DNA from: Terriglobia bacterium
GTDB lineage: Bacteria; Acidobacteriota; Terriglobia; Acidiferrales; UBA7541
Direction: 5' to 3'
NCBI GenBank assembly: GCA_963695545.1
Contig: OY968796.1
Location: forward strand, 2,880,001-2,944,000
DNA: 64,000 nt
The stretch's first letter is position 1. Every line of letters begins with the position of its first letter. Below, in pieces: positions 13,672-22,788 of the stretch. Under the pieces are notes generated by a model. The model was given only the letters and a program-made list of their open reading frames with translations. It did no database searches and was not told the DNA's origin. Both the position numbers and the translations under genes were made by a program.

Positions 13672-13776
13672 GCGCCGCATCGGCAACCGCCCGCCGCGCA
13701 TCGAATTAGGAGTGCTGACGAGGCCGCGCAACGCCTCGATCCTGATCGGAACAGCACCACGCGGCCAAAATAGAAA

Positions 13777-14202
13777 ATGGTTTATATCACGCGCAAAATC
13801 GAGTTTTCGGCTTCGCATCTTTACAACAATCCGGCGCTTTCGCCGGAAGAAAATCGCCGCGTCTTCGGCAAATGCAACAATCCGCACGGCCACGGTCACA
13901 ATTACGTTCTCGAAGTCACCGTCGCAGGCGAACCCGATCCGCGCACCGGCATGGTTCTCGATCTCAAGGAACTCAAGCGCGTCCTACAGGACGAAATCAT
14001 GGAGCGCATGGATCATCGCTTCCTGAATTACGAAGTGCCCGAGCTCGCCGGCAAAATTCCCACCTGCGAAAACATCGCCGCCACGATCTGGACTTTACTC
14101 GAGCCCAGGATCGCAAGCGGCCACCTGCATCGCGTGCGCCTTTACGAAACTCCAGACCTCTTCGTCGATTGTTACGGCGAAAAAAACGGGAGCGCCCGAT
14201 GA
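13777..14202 (+). CDS. 6-pyruvoyl tetrahydropterin synthase / QueD-family protein, copy 1
   Basis: FSASH, GKCNNPHGHGHNY, PTCENI, LYET. Confidence 0.93.
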   Translation: MVYITRKIEFSASHLYNNPALSPEENRRVFGKCNNPHGHGHNYVLEVTVAGEPDPRTGMVLDLKELKRVLQDEIMERMDHRFLNYEVPELAGKIPTCENIAATIWTLLEPRIASGHLHRVRLYETPDLFVDCYGEKNGSAR

Positions 14203-14657
14203 CCCCGCAGTCGCAGCAACCGCAGCCTCACAAGCAGATGGATCTGCGCCTCACGCGCCGCTATCCTTTCTCCGCGTCGCATCGCCTGCACAGCGCGCAC
14301 CTCAGCGAAGAAGAGAACCAGCGCGCCTACGGCAAATGCAACAATCCCTTCGGCCACGGCCACAACTACATCGTCGAAGTCGCCGTCTCCGGCGCAGTCG
14401 ACCCCGCGACTGGAATGATCGCGAATCTCTCCGATCTCGACGCCTTCGTCGCGCAAAAAGTCATCGAGCCGTTCGACCGCACCTACTTGAATGAAGACGT
14501 CGCCGAGTTTCGCGAGACCGTGCCCACCACCGAAAATCTCTGCATCGAAATTTTCCGCCGCCTGCGCGCGTTCCCGCACGCCAAACTTGAACGCGTACTG
14601 GTCGAAGAAACCGGCCTGAACAAATTTGAATACACCGGCGAATCGCAAGGGAGCTAA
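14199..14657 (+). CDS. 6-pyruvoyl tetrahydropterin synthase / QueD-family protein, copy 2
   Basis: ATGA overlap; [30 protein letters not shown]. Confidence 0.92.
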   Translation: MTPQSQQPQPHKQMDLRLTRRYPFSASHRLHSAHLSEEENQRAYGKCNNPFGHGHNYIVEVAVSGAVDPATGMIANLSDLDAFVAQKVIEPFDRTYLNEDVAEFRETVPTTENLCIEIFRRLRAFPHAKLERVLVEETGLNKFEYTGESQGS

Positions 14658-14659
14658 TT

Positions 14660-15268
14660 GTGAGCCAAACCACTAAGCCGCTCGTGCTCGATGACAACCC
14701 GCGCGTCGTGGGCGAAGAAACCATCGCCGATCTGATGCGCCGCATTATCGCCATGCTCGGCGAAGACCCGAACCGCGAAGGCCTGAAGAACACGCCCGAG
14801 CGCTACGAGAAGGCCATGCGCTTCCTCACCAAAGGTTATGGCCAGGACCCTGACAAAGTTCTGAACGGCGCGACGTTCAGCGTCTGCTACGACCAGATGG
14901 TCGTGGTCAAAGACATCGAGATGTACAGCCTCTGCGAGCATCACCTGCTCCCTTTTTTCGGCAAGTGCCACGTGGCCTATCTGCCGAACAAGAAAGTCGT
15001 GGGCCTCTCGAAAATCCCGCGCCTCGTGAATCTCTACTCGCGCCGCCTGCAGATTCAAGAGCGCCTCACCAACCAGATCGCGCAGGCCATCGAGAAAGCC
15101 ATCGCTCCCATCGGCGTCGGCGTGGTCATCGAAGCGCGCCACATGTGCATGGTCATGCGCGGCGTCGAAAAGCAAAATTCGCAAGCCGTCACCAGCGCCA
15201 TGCTCGGCGCCTTCCGCGACAATTTGCAAACGCGCGAAGAGTTTCTCGCGTTGATCGGCAAAAAGTAA
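14660..15268 (+). CDS. folE: GTP cyclohydrolase I
   Basis: [44 protein letters not shown]. Confidence 0.97.
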   Translation: MSQTTKPLVLDDNPRVVGEETIADLMRRIIAMLGEDPNREGLKNTPERYEKAMRFLTKGYGQDPDKVLNGATFSVCYDQMVVVKDIEMYSLCEHHLLPFFGKCHVAYLPNKKVVGLSKIPRLVNLYSRRLQIQERLTNQIAQAIEKAIAPIGVGVVIEARHMCMVMRGVEKQNSQAVTSAMLGAFRDNLQTREEFLALIGKK

Positions 15269-15378
15269 GCTCACATCACTCCCCGCGCCGCTCACTGAGC
15301 GCTAACGCCGCCCTTCGGACGCACTCGCCCGCCGTCGGGAATTGCGTCACGTTTCATTTTTTGGCGGAACCTCGGATC

Positions 15379-16422
15379 TCAACTTTTCGGTTCGTCGGCG
15401 GTCAGCGCGGCCAGTGCGTCCTTCAAGCGGAAAACGACAGACTGCATCGGATTTTCTCCCACGATTCGCTCGCGAATGAATCCTTGCGGGTCAATCACGA
15501 TGTAGGTCGGAAACTCGTGAACGTTAAATCGCTGGCGCATTTCTCCGCCGGAGTCCAGGAACTGCGCCCAGTCCATGTTCTTCTTGGCGATAAATGAGCG
15601 CCACTGCGCCGCGTCGTCGTCGGCGCTGACGCTAATGAGCACCACCTGATCGTGCGAATATTTCTTCGTCAGGCTCTTCAGGTCGCTCACGGAGTCGCGG
15701 CACGGAGGGCACCACGTGGCCCAGAAATCGATCACCACAAATTTCCCCGCGAGTCCGTCCAGCGAAATGTCGTCTCCCTGCAAAGTCTTGATACTGAACC
15801 CCGGCGCCACAGTGAAGCCCGCGCGATCAGGATGTTCCATGAGCTTGCGCGCGGCGTCGGCAAATTGCCCCCGTGGCTCGAGCGAAAGATACGCGGCGAC
15901 TTCTCGCTTGCCATCATCGTCTTGCATTTCCTTCATCAGATCGATGCCCAGGTCCAGATGATACTCGGCGACTTTTCCATCCAGTTGAACGGCCTCGCGC
16001 AATTCCGCCTCGGCCGCCTTAAGGTTTTTTTCCGCAGGCGGAATCGACGCTACCACGATCCCTTTGAAATGGTGCGCCGCCGCGCGCTCCGAATCGTCGG
16101 ACGCAACGCTGAGCGATTTGCTTGACGCGTCCAAGGCTCCCTGGAGATCCCCGAGCTGATAGGAAGCCACCGCCAGGTCCATAGAGCACCGGAAACACTG
16201 GTCATGCTCAATCTTGCTGGCCTTTCGGAATGCCTTCGCCGCGGCGTCATACTCGCCCGCTTTTTGCGCCGCCTCCCCCGTCTGGAGCGCGCTCATAGCG
16301 GCGGGAGAGATTGCGGGGTCGGCTTGCTGAGCCGGAGTGGTTCCGGAAATCGGAGCCGCGAACGCGATCAACGCAATGTACGCCGCGAGTTTTTGGGGGC
16401 ACAATAGGGCGTCGCCTCTCAT
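15379..16422 (-). CDS. exported TPR-repeat + TlpA/redoxin domain protein
   Basis: signal peptide, TPR-like helices, DFWATWCPPCR. Confidence 0.88.
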   Translation of the reverse strand: MRGDALLCPQKLAAYIALIAFAAPISGTTPAQQADPAISPAAMSALQTGEAAQKAGEYDAAAKAFRKASKIEHDQCFRCSMDLAVASYQLGDLQGALDASSKSLSVASDDSERAAAHHFKGIVVASIPPAEKNLKAAEAELREAVQLDGKVAEYHLDLGIDLMKEMQDDDGKREVAAYLSLEPRGQFADAARKLMEHPDRAGFTVAPGFSIKTLQGDDISLDGLAGKFVVIDFWATWCPPCRDSVSDLKSLTKKYSHDQVVLISVSADDDAAQWRSFIAKKNMDWAQFLDSGGEMRQRFNVHEFPTYIVIDPQGFIRERIVGENPMQSVVFRLKDALAALTADEPKS

Positions 16423-16650
16423 TGGCGATTATCAGTCGTGGCGAAGATATCATAGGATGGTCTGTTTTTCACCGGCGAAGTTCCAAACTGCTTCCAGGCC
16501 CGCTCCACCCGCCTCGCGCCGCGGCTTTCCCGCTTCACGGATAGCGCCGGCGCCCCACGCCGGGCGCGCATGCCCGCCGCCCGAAATTTTTTTGCGTGCG
16601 CGCACAGCCCTGTGATACGCTCGAACCGTCGAAGAAGAGGATAAATAGAA

Positions 16651-16671
16651 CGTTGCATCAAGGGTGCAACG
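16651..16671 (+). promoter_or_regulatory. hairpin in the rpsO leader abutting the SD sequence (possible S15 autoregulatory element)
   Basis: CGTTGCATC-AAG-GGTGCAACG stem directly followed by GGAGAGG. Confidence 0.4.
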
Positions 16672-16682
16672 GAGAGGGTGAC

Positions 16683-16943
16683 TTGAGAGAAGTTAAGTCG
16701 GCGTTAATTGAGCAGTATCGCGCGCATGTCAAGGATACGGGTTCCCCGGAAGTGCAGATAGCTCTCCTGAGCGATCGCATCAATTACCTGACTTCGCATC
16801 TTAAGTTGCATATGAAAGATCATGCGTCCCGGCGCGGTTTGATCATGATGGTCAACAAGCGTCGTCGCCTGCTCGATTACCTCATCCGCCGCGACCCGGA
16901 TCGGTATCGCGAGATTGTCGAACGACTTAGTTTGCGCAAGTAA
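16683..16943 (+). CDS. rpsO: 30S ribosomal protein S15
   Basis: [24 protein letters not shown] start after GGAGAGG; upstream of pnp. Confidence 0.97.
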   Translation: MREVKSALIEQYRAHVKDTGSPEVQIALLSDRINYLTSHLKLHMKDHASRRGLIMMVNKRRRLLDYLIRRDPDRYREIVERLSLRK

Positions 16944-17184
16944 TCGCCGGCCCCACGCTCCATCCGAAATCCCGGGGTTTCAGCAGCGCTTCGTTGTCTC
17001 GAACCGCGCCGCTGCTGGTGTGCGCAGCCGCGCCGTTCGCCGGGCGTAGTTCCGGGTTTCGCTCGCGCCGACAGTCCGTTCCTCCTCGTTCCTCGACCGA
17101 ACTTTTTCTTATTTCAACGTGTATGCGGTTCGAAGCCCGCGCTCGATTGAGCCCGAGGCCGGCCGCGAAAGGATCACCGAATTT

Positions 17185-19338
17185 ATGTCGCAACCCGCAC
17201 CGCATCAAGTAACTCTCGACCTGGGTGGACGCCCACTCGTTCTCGAAACCGGCAAAATCGCGAAGCAGGCCAATGGCGCCGTCGTCGCGCGCTATGGTGA
17301 CACCATCGTACTCGTCACCGCCTGCATGGACTCGCGCGCGAACGACAAGGATTTCTTGCCGCTCACCGTCGATTATCGCGAGAACACCTATTCCGCCGGC
17401 AAAATTCCCGGCGGTTTCTTCAAGCGCGAAGGCCGCCCCTCGGAAAAAGAAATCCTCACCTCGCGCCTGATCGATCGCCAGCTGCGTCCGCTGTTCCCCG
17501 AAGCCTGGCGCAATGAAACCCAAGTCGTCGCGCTCGTGCTCTCCGCCGACAGCGAAAACGATCCCGACGTCATCGCCGTCACCGCCGCTTCCGCGGCCGC
17601 CTACATCTCGGATCTCCCGTTCACCACGCCGATTGCCGCCGTGCGCGTCGGCTTGCTCGAAGGCAAATTGATCGTCAATCCGAGCTTCGCGCAGCAAAAA
17701 GTCAGCCTACTCAATATTGTCGTCGCTGGATCGGACGAAGCCATCGTCATGGTCGAAGCCGGCGCTCTTGAAGTTTCTGAAGACACCGTCGCTGACGCAC
17801 TCGCCTTCGGCCACGAGCAAGTGAGGCGCATCATCACGGCGATCCGCGAATTGCACGCGCGCCTCAAGCCTGTGAAGGTCGTCGTCCCGCCTCTCGCGTT
17901 CGACGAAGAACTTGCCGCGCAGATCGAAAAACAGCACGGCGAACGCCTGCACGACGCGCTCGACACCGCCAAGCACCCCAAGAAGGAGAGCCATCACCTC
18001 GTCGGCGCGCTCCTCAAGGAAATCCTCGAAGCGATTCCGGCCGATCAAACCGATCGCCGCAAGCTCGCCGCGCGCGCTTTCGAGCGCCTGCGCGAAAAAT
18101 ATTTCCGCGAAGACATCCTGAATCGCAAGCGCCGTCCCGATGGCCGCGCCTTCGATCAAATCCGCCAAATCACCTGCGAAGTCGGCCTCTTGCCCCGCGT
18201 GCACGGCTCGGCTCTTTTCACGCGCGGCGAAACGCAGGCTCTCGCCACGCTCACGCTCGGCACCAAGGAAGATATGCAGCGCCTCGATCTGCTCTTCGAG
18301 GAAGACGCTTTTCGCCGCTTCATGCTGCATTACAACTTCCCGCCGTTTTCCGTCGGCGAAGTCAAATTCCTGCGCGGCCCCGGCCGCCGCGAAATCGGCC
18401 ACGGCGCGCTCGCCGAACGCGCTCTCGTGAATCTGCTTCCGCCCGAAGCCGATTTCCCCTATGCCATGCGTCTCGTTTCCGACATTCTCGAATCCAACGG
18501 CTCCTCTTCCATGGCCACCGTCTGCGGCGGATCGCTCGCCTTGATGGACGCCGGCGTCCCCATGAAATCCGCTTGCGCCGGAATCGCCATGGGTCTCGTC
18601 GTTGAAGGAGCTAACGCCGCCGTGCTCACCGACATCGCCGGCGCCGAAGATCACTACGGCGATATGGATTTCAAAGTTGCCGGCACGCGCGCCGGAATCA
18701 CCGCGCTTCAAATGGACATCAAAGTGGGCGGCATCAGCGTGGCCCTAATGCGCCAGGCGCTCGAACAAGCTCGCAAGGCCCGTCTGCAAATTCTCGACGT
18801 CATGGACGCCACGCTCACTTCGGGACGCGACGCCATGTCCGTCTACGCGCCGCGCTTGTACATGCTCAGTATTCCCACTGACAAGATTCGCGACCTCATC
18901 GGCCCCGGCGGCAAAAAAATCCGCTCCATCATCGAAGCCACCGGCGTCAAGATCGACGTTATGGACGACGGCAAGGTCCACGTCTTCGCTGGCGACGGCG
19001 AATCCGCCGACAAGGCTCTGCAAATGATCCGCGACGTCACCGCCTCCGCCGAAATCGGGAAAACCTATCTCGGCAAAGTCGTGCGCCTCGCTGAATTCGG
19101 GGCCTTCGTCGAAATTTTCCCCGGCACTGACGGCCTCTTGCACATTAGCGAAATCGCCGAACAGCGCATCCGCGACGTTCGCGACGAACTGAAACTCGGC
19201 GATCAGGTCCTCGTCAAGGTTCTGGCCATCGAAGGCAACAAAATCCGTCTCTCGCGCAAAGCCGTCCTCCGCGAGCAGCGCGAAAAACAACAACAAGCCG
19301 CCCCCGCTCCCGCCACGAGCGAGCCCACGCAGAGCTAG
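17185..19338 (+). CDS. pnp: polyribonucleotide nucleotidyltransferase
   Basis: GKIPGGFFKREG, RREIGHG, ESNGSSSM, GDMDFKVAG, KH and S1 domains. Confidence 0.99.
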   Translation: MSQPAPHQVTLDLGGRPLVLETGKIAKQANGAVVARYGDTIVLVTACMDSRANDKDFLPLTVDYRENTYSAGKIPGGFFKREGRPSEKEILTSRLIDRQLRPLFPEAWRNETQVVALVLSADSENDPDVIAVTAASAAAYISDLPFTTPIAAVRVGLLEGKLIVNPSFAQQKVSLLNIVVAGSDEAIVMVEAGALEVSEDTVADALAFGHEQVRRIITAIRELHARLKPVKVVVPPLAFDEELAAQIEKQHGERLHDALDTAKHPKKESHHLVGALLKEILEAIPADQTDRRKLAARAFERLREKYFREDILNRKRRPDGRAFDQIRQITCEVGLLPRVHGSALFTRGETQALATLTLGTKEDMQRLDLLFEEDAFRRFMLHYNFPPFSVGEVKFLRGPGRREIGHGALAERALVNLLPPEADFPYAMRLVSDILESNGSSSMATVCGGSLALMDAGVPMKSACAGIAMGLVVEGANAAVLTDIAGAEDHYGDMDFKVAGTRAGITALQMDIKVGGISVALMRQALEQARKARLQILDVMDATLTSGRDAMSVYAPRLYMLSIPTDKIRDLIGPGGKKIRSIIEATGVKIDVMDDGKVHVFAGDGESADKALQMIRDVTASAEIGKTYLGKVVRLAEFGAFVEIFPGTDGLLHISEIAEQRIRDVRDELKLGDQVLVKVLAIEGNKIRLSRKAVLREQREKQQQAAPAPATSEPTQS

Positions 19339-19362
19339 CCGTCCGCGAAGTTATCGGCGGAT

Positions 19363-19405
19363 CCCGTGTGCCCCACACGTCGCCTTTACGTGTGGGGCCT
19401 TTTGT
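19363..19405 (+). repeat. REP-like palindrome type 1 (CCCGTGTGCCCCACACGT..ACGTGTGGGG.CTTT); probably also the pnp terminator
   Basis: 11-bp stem followed by T-rich tail; near-identical copy at 21620-21660. Confidence 0.8.
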
Positions 19406-19501
19406 TTCCTACAGCCACAATTCAGGATTTCTAGCGAGATCAGAATAGGCGCCACAATTGAGTCCAGGGCGCAGACCGTAACTAACATCGCGTAGGTTTA
19501 T

Positions 19502-19530
19502 GTAGCGGAGGCCTTCAGGCCTCCATCTTT
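19502..19530 (+). repeat. REP-like palindrome type 2 (GTAG-C-GGAGGCCT-TC-AGGCCTCC)
   Basis: GTAG tetranucleotide followed by a GC palindrome, the typical REP architecture. Confidence 0.6.
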
Positions 19531-19627
19531 TTCTTGCGCGCGAAAGAAGGAAAGCCAAACTCCGTCCGCCAAAGCACTTGAACGCAATCCGGCCCTAACC
19601 GCCGACACTCCAGGCCAAAATCGCGCC

Positions 19628-19741
19628 CCATTCGAAATCCAGCCCCGTAGGGGCGGCACATTTTAGCCCAGGGCGGAAGCCCTGGGTACACAAGACGAAT
19701 TCGGGCAAGCCCCGTAGGGGCGACACATTCTTTTCGAATGG
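19628..19741. repeat. composite REP-like element: AGCCCCGTAGGGGCG x2 flanking CCCAGGGCGGAAGCCCTGGG, closed by 10-bp inverted repeats
   Basis: Direct repeats at 19641 and 19708; terminal CCATTCGAAA (19628) / TTTCGAATGG (19732). Confidence 0.8.
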
Positions 19742-19766
19742 CCCGGTTGAGCGCCCCAAACCTCGA

Positions 19767-20097
19767 TTCGAATACTATACTGATAAAATACTCTTGACGT
19801 GTGTTGACTCATATGCTATAAGATGGTATGAAGACCCCCGAATCGTTCGGTATCTCCCGCGTTCTTCGTCTTCCGGCCTCATCTCGCCCCGTCCCTCGCA
19901 CCACAACGTGCACTCAGCGCTCGAAAAACGCCCCAACAAATCGTTCATTTTCAATACCATCCGCACTCATCCAAAAGAGTGCGCATCTCATTGAAAAAAG
20001 GCGATATCAACTCACTTGTTTTCACACTCATCCGCACTCTTCTCCTGGAAGTCCTGTGTTCACATGCTTTTACGTTTTTTGTACCGGGGGTATATAT
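19767..20097 (+). repeat. AT-rich dispersed element with own promoter, copy 1 (candidate ncRNA/MITE-like)
   Basis: Shares identical 14-, 26- and 16-nt blocks with the reverse complement of 50653-50981. Confidence 0.8.
19794..19822 (+). promoter_or_regulatory. sigma70-type promoter TTGACG-N17-TATAAG with extended TG
   Basis: Consensus-like boxes at 17-nt spacing; same layout in the second element copy. Confidence 0.65.
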
Positions 20098-20241
20098 GCC
20101 CCGCCGCTTCCCACACCAAAAGTAACACTTGAACTTGTGGATCTAAACCGCGTGCGATCAATCAACTACGCAGTGCAAGGTGCCGCGGAAGCATGCCGCA
20201 CGATACTCGCCACTCTTCACTCCCCACAAACTACTCGCCCC

Positions 20242-21522
20242 TCACGCCGCACTCCCAATGCGCTCAATCCTCGCGCCCACGCCGCTGAGTTTCTCCACGA
20301 TCCGCTCGTACCCGCGATCGATATGGTAAACGCGATCGATAATCGTTTCGCCCTGCGCCACCAACCCCGCCAGCACCAGCGACGCGCTCGCGCGCAAGTC
20401 CGATGCGATCACCGTTGTGCCCGTCAGCGCCGCCGGACCGTGCACCACCGCTCGATTCGTCTCAATCGAGATGTTCGCGCCCATGCGCACCATCTCGCTC
20501 GCGTGCATGAACCGATTCTCAAAAATCGTCTCGGTAATCGCGGAATCTCCGTTGGCCTGCGTCATCAACGCCATGAATTGCGCCTGCATGTCCGTCGCGA
20601 ACCCGGGATACTCCTCGGTTTTCACGTCGGCCGCGATCAATTTCTTCGGCGCGCGCACGCGCAGCGCGCTCGCGCCTTCCGGGCGTATATCGACCCCGGT
20701 TTCCTTCAACTTCGCGATCACCGCGCCCAGGTGCCCCGGCTCGCAGCGCTCCAGCAGCAATTCTCCCCCGGTGATCGCGGCCGCCACCAGGAATGTACCC
20801 GCCTCGATGCGATCGGGAATGATCCGGTGCGTAGCCCCGCGCAATCGCGCAACACCGCGCACGCGCAGCGTCGAAGTTCCCTCGCCTTCAATCTCGGCGC
20901 CCATCTTGATCAGCAAGTCCGCCAAATCCGAAATCTCCGGCTCCCGCGCCGCGTTGTCAATCCGCGTCTCGCCGTCCGCCAGCGCCGCGGCCATCATCAG
21001 ATTCTCCGTGCCCGTCACCGTAATCTTTTCAAACACGATGTGCGCGCCGCGCAGCCGCCCGCTGCCCGGCGCGCGCGCTTCCACGTAACCGTGCTCGGTC
21101 GAAATCTGCGCGCCCATCAATTCGAGCGCCTTCAGATGCAAATCCACCGGACGCGCCCCGATCGCGCATCCGCCCGGCAACGAAACCCGCGCATGCCCCA
21201 GGCGCCCCACCAGCGGCCCCAGCGTCAGAATCGAAGCGCGCATGGTCTTCACCAGCTCATAAGGAGCCTCGGCGCCGGAAATCCGTTTGGCTTCGATCGT
21301 CATCTTCGTTGTCGGCAATTCCGGCGTCTCCACGCGCGCGTCCATATGGGCCAGCAACTTGCTCATGGTGATGATGTCACGCACATGTGGAACGTTCTCA
21401 AGTCGCACGGGTTCGTCGGTCAACAGCGCAGCGGCCATCGCCGGCAGCGCCGCGTTCTTCGCTCCGCTGATGGTCACGCGCCCTTCCAGGCGCCGTCCGC
21501 CTTCAATGCGAAACTTATCCAT
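20242..21522 (-). CDS. murA: UDP-N-acetylglucosamine 1-carboxyvinyltransferase
   Basis: MDKFRIEGG, SGAKNAALP, LPGGCAIGARPVDLH, SDLRASASL, DRGYE. Confidence 0.98.
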   Translation of the reverse strand: MDKFRIEGGRRLEGRVTISGAKNAALPAMAAALLTDEPVRLENVPHVRDIITMSKLLAHMDARVETPELPTTKMTIEAKRISGAEAPYELVKTMRASILTLGPLVGRLGHARVSLPGGCAIGARPVDLHLKALELMGAQISTEHGYVEARAPGSGRLRGAHIVFEKITVTGTENLMMAAALADGETRIDNAAREPEISDLADLLIKMGAEIEGEGTSTLRVRGVARLRGATHRIIPDRIEAGTFLVAAAITGGELLLERCEPGHLGAVIAKLKETGVDIRPEGASALRVRAPKKLIAADVKTEEYPGFATDMQAQFMALMTQANGDSAITETIFENRFMHASEMVRMGANISIETNRAVVHGPAALTGTTVIASDLRASASLVLAGLVAQGETIIDRVYHIDRGYERIVEKLSGVGARIERIGSAA

Positions 21523-21619
21523 TTGTCTCCGAGTCCTTACCGCGCTTCTCAGCTCTCTAAGCTTCCTCGCGCTCGATTCTCGACGTCCTCGCACGGCCGA
21601 TTTTCGGCGCAGCCGTTTC

Positions 21620-21660
21620 CCCGTGTGCCCCACACGTCGGTTTCACGTGTGGGGTCTTTG
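21620..21660 (+). repeat. REP-like palindrome type 1, second copy; contains the murQ stop codon
   Basis: CCCGTGTGCCCCACACGTCGGTTTCACGTGTGGGGTCTTTG. Confidence 0.8.
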
Positions 21661-22617
21661 ACGTTTCCCGACGGGCGCGTCCCATCGCCCGCCCAGCAAC
21701 GCGCGCCGCACATTACCGCCCGCCGCGTCCAATCGCCGACGCGCTTCCACCGCGCCCACGTCGGCTTTCAACATCACCAGCGCTACACGCAACCGGTCTG
21801 CGCGAAGCGCATTGATTTTACCGTGTCCCGATTGACGCATCGCCTGTGCCGCGCGCGCCACGCTTGCGCCGCTGGATTCCTCGAGAATCCGCAATCCGCG
21901 CCGCCGCAGCTTGCGATTCGTCAGCGCCACGCCGACCATCCAATTGTCGTACACGCGCCCGAGCCGCACCATCGCCGCGGTACTCAGCAGATTCAGCACC
22001 ATCTTCTGCGCCGTGCCGGCCTTGAGGCGCGTCGAGCCCGCAATCGCTTCCGGCCCCGTCTCGACGACAATCGCAATCTGCGCCGCGCGCCCGAGCGGCG
22101 TTCCGCGATTGCTCGCGATCCCAATCGTCATCGCCCCTCGCCGCCGCGCGAATTCGAGCGCGCCCAAAACGTATGGCGTCGTTCCGCTCGCCGCGATTCC
22201 GACCACCACGTCGCGCGCCGAAACCTTGCGCTTCGCCAAATCGCGCGCGCCCTGCGCCGCCGAATCCTCCGCGCCTTCGCTGGCCTCGGTCAGCGCGCGC
22301 CGTCCGCCCGCGAGCACGGCCTGAATCATTCCGCGTGGCGTGCCGAATGTCGGCGGGCACTCCGCCGCATCGAGCGCCGCCAGCCGTCCGCTCGTGCCCG
22401 CGCCGACATAAAAAAGTCTGCCGCCGCTTCCAACCGCTTTCGCGATCGCATCCACCGCGCGCGCAATCGCTGGCAGCGCGCGCCGCACTGCTGGCGCCAC
22501 ACCCGCGTCCTCGCGATTCATCGCGCGCACCACTTCGAGCGTGCTGCGCACATCGAGTCCGCGCGTGTGCGGGTTCCGCCGCTCCGTCGCTCTCGTCAAT
22601 TTACGCGCGCGTTTCAC
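21643..22617 (-). CDS. murQ: N-acetylmuramic acid 6-phosphate etherase
   Basis: TERRNP, GAGTSGRL, DAAECPPTFG, GSTRLKAGTAQKMVLN. Confidence 0.97.
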   Translation of the reverse strand: MKRARKLTRATERRNPHTRGLDVRSTLEVVRAMNREDAGVAPAVRRALPAIARAVDAIAKAVGSGGRLFYVGAGTSGRLAALDAAECPPTFGTPRGMIQAVLAGGRRALTEASEGAEDSAAQGARDLAKRKVSARDVVVGIAASGTTPYVLGALEFARRRGAMTIGIASNRGTPLGRAAQIAIVVETGPEAIAGSTRLKAGTAQKMVLNLLSTAAMVRLGRVYDNWMVGVALTNRKLRRRGLRILEESSGASVARAAQAMRQSGHGKINALRADRLRVALVMLKADVGAVEARRRLDAAGGNVRRALLGGRWDAPVGKRQRPHT

Positions 22618-22788
22618 AGCCGCGATTATAACCGCGCCGCCGTGGACGCCGTGGCAACGTTATTGCCGGGTGTTCCTCGGGACAGTGGCATCTTGCGCGT
22701 CACGCCCGGAAATTTGTGGTTGGCATTTCTAAACGCCCATGTAGAATACGGCCTCGTCTTCATTTGCACCGGAGCGCCACAGGGAACC

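Noticed and set aside
13777..15268. 7-deazaguanine DNA-modification (dpd) or queuosine island
   Set aside because: No queC, queE, tgt/dpdA nearby, and the PTPS motif spacing is not the canonical QueD type.
19828..20100. Shared peptide CFHTHPHS...TGGIY between ORFs 19828(+) and 50928(-) as a new protein family
   Set aside because: Explained by identical DNA blocks; the upstream conserved block is read in different frames (QKSAH vs KRVRN), so conservation is not at protein level.
19363..20100. CRISPR array
   Set aside because: Repeats are heterogeneous palindromes without regular repeat-spacer periodicity, and no cas genes are present.
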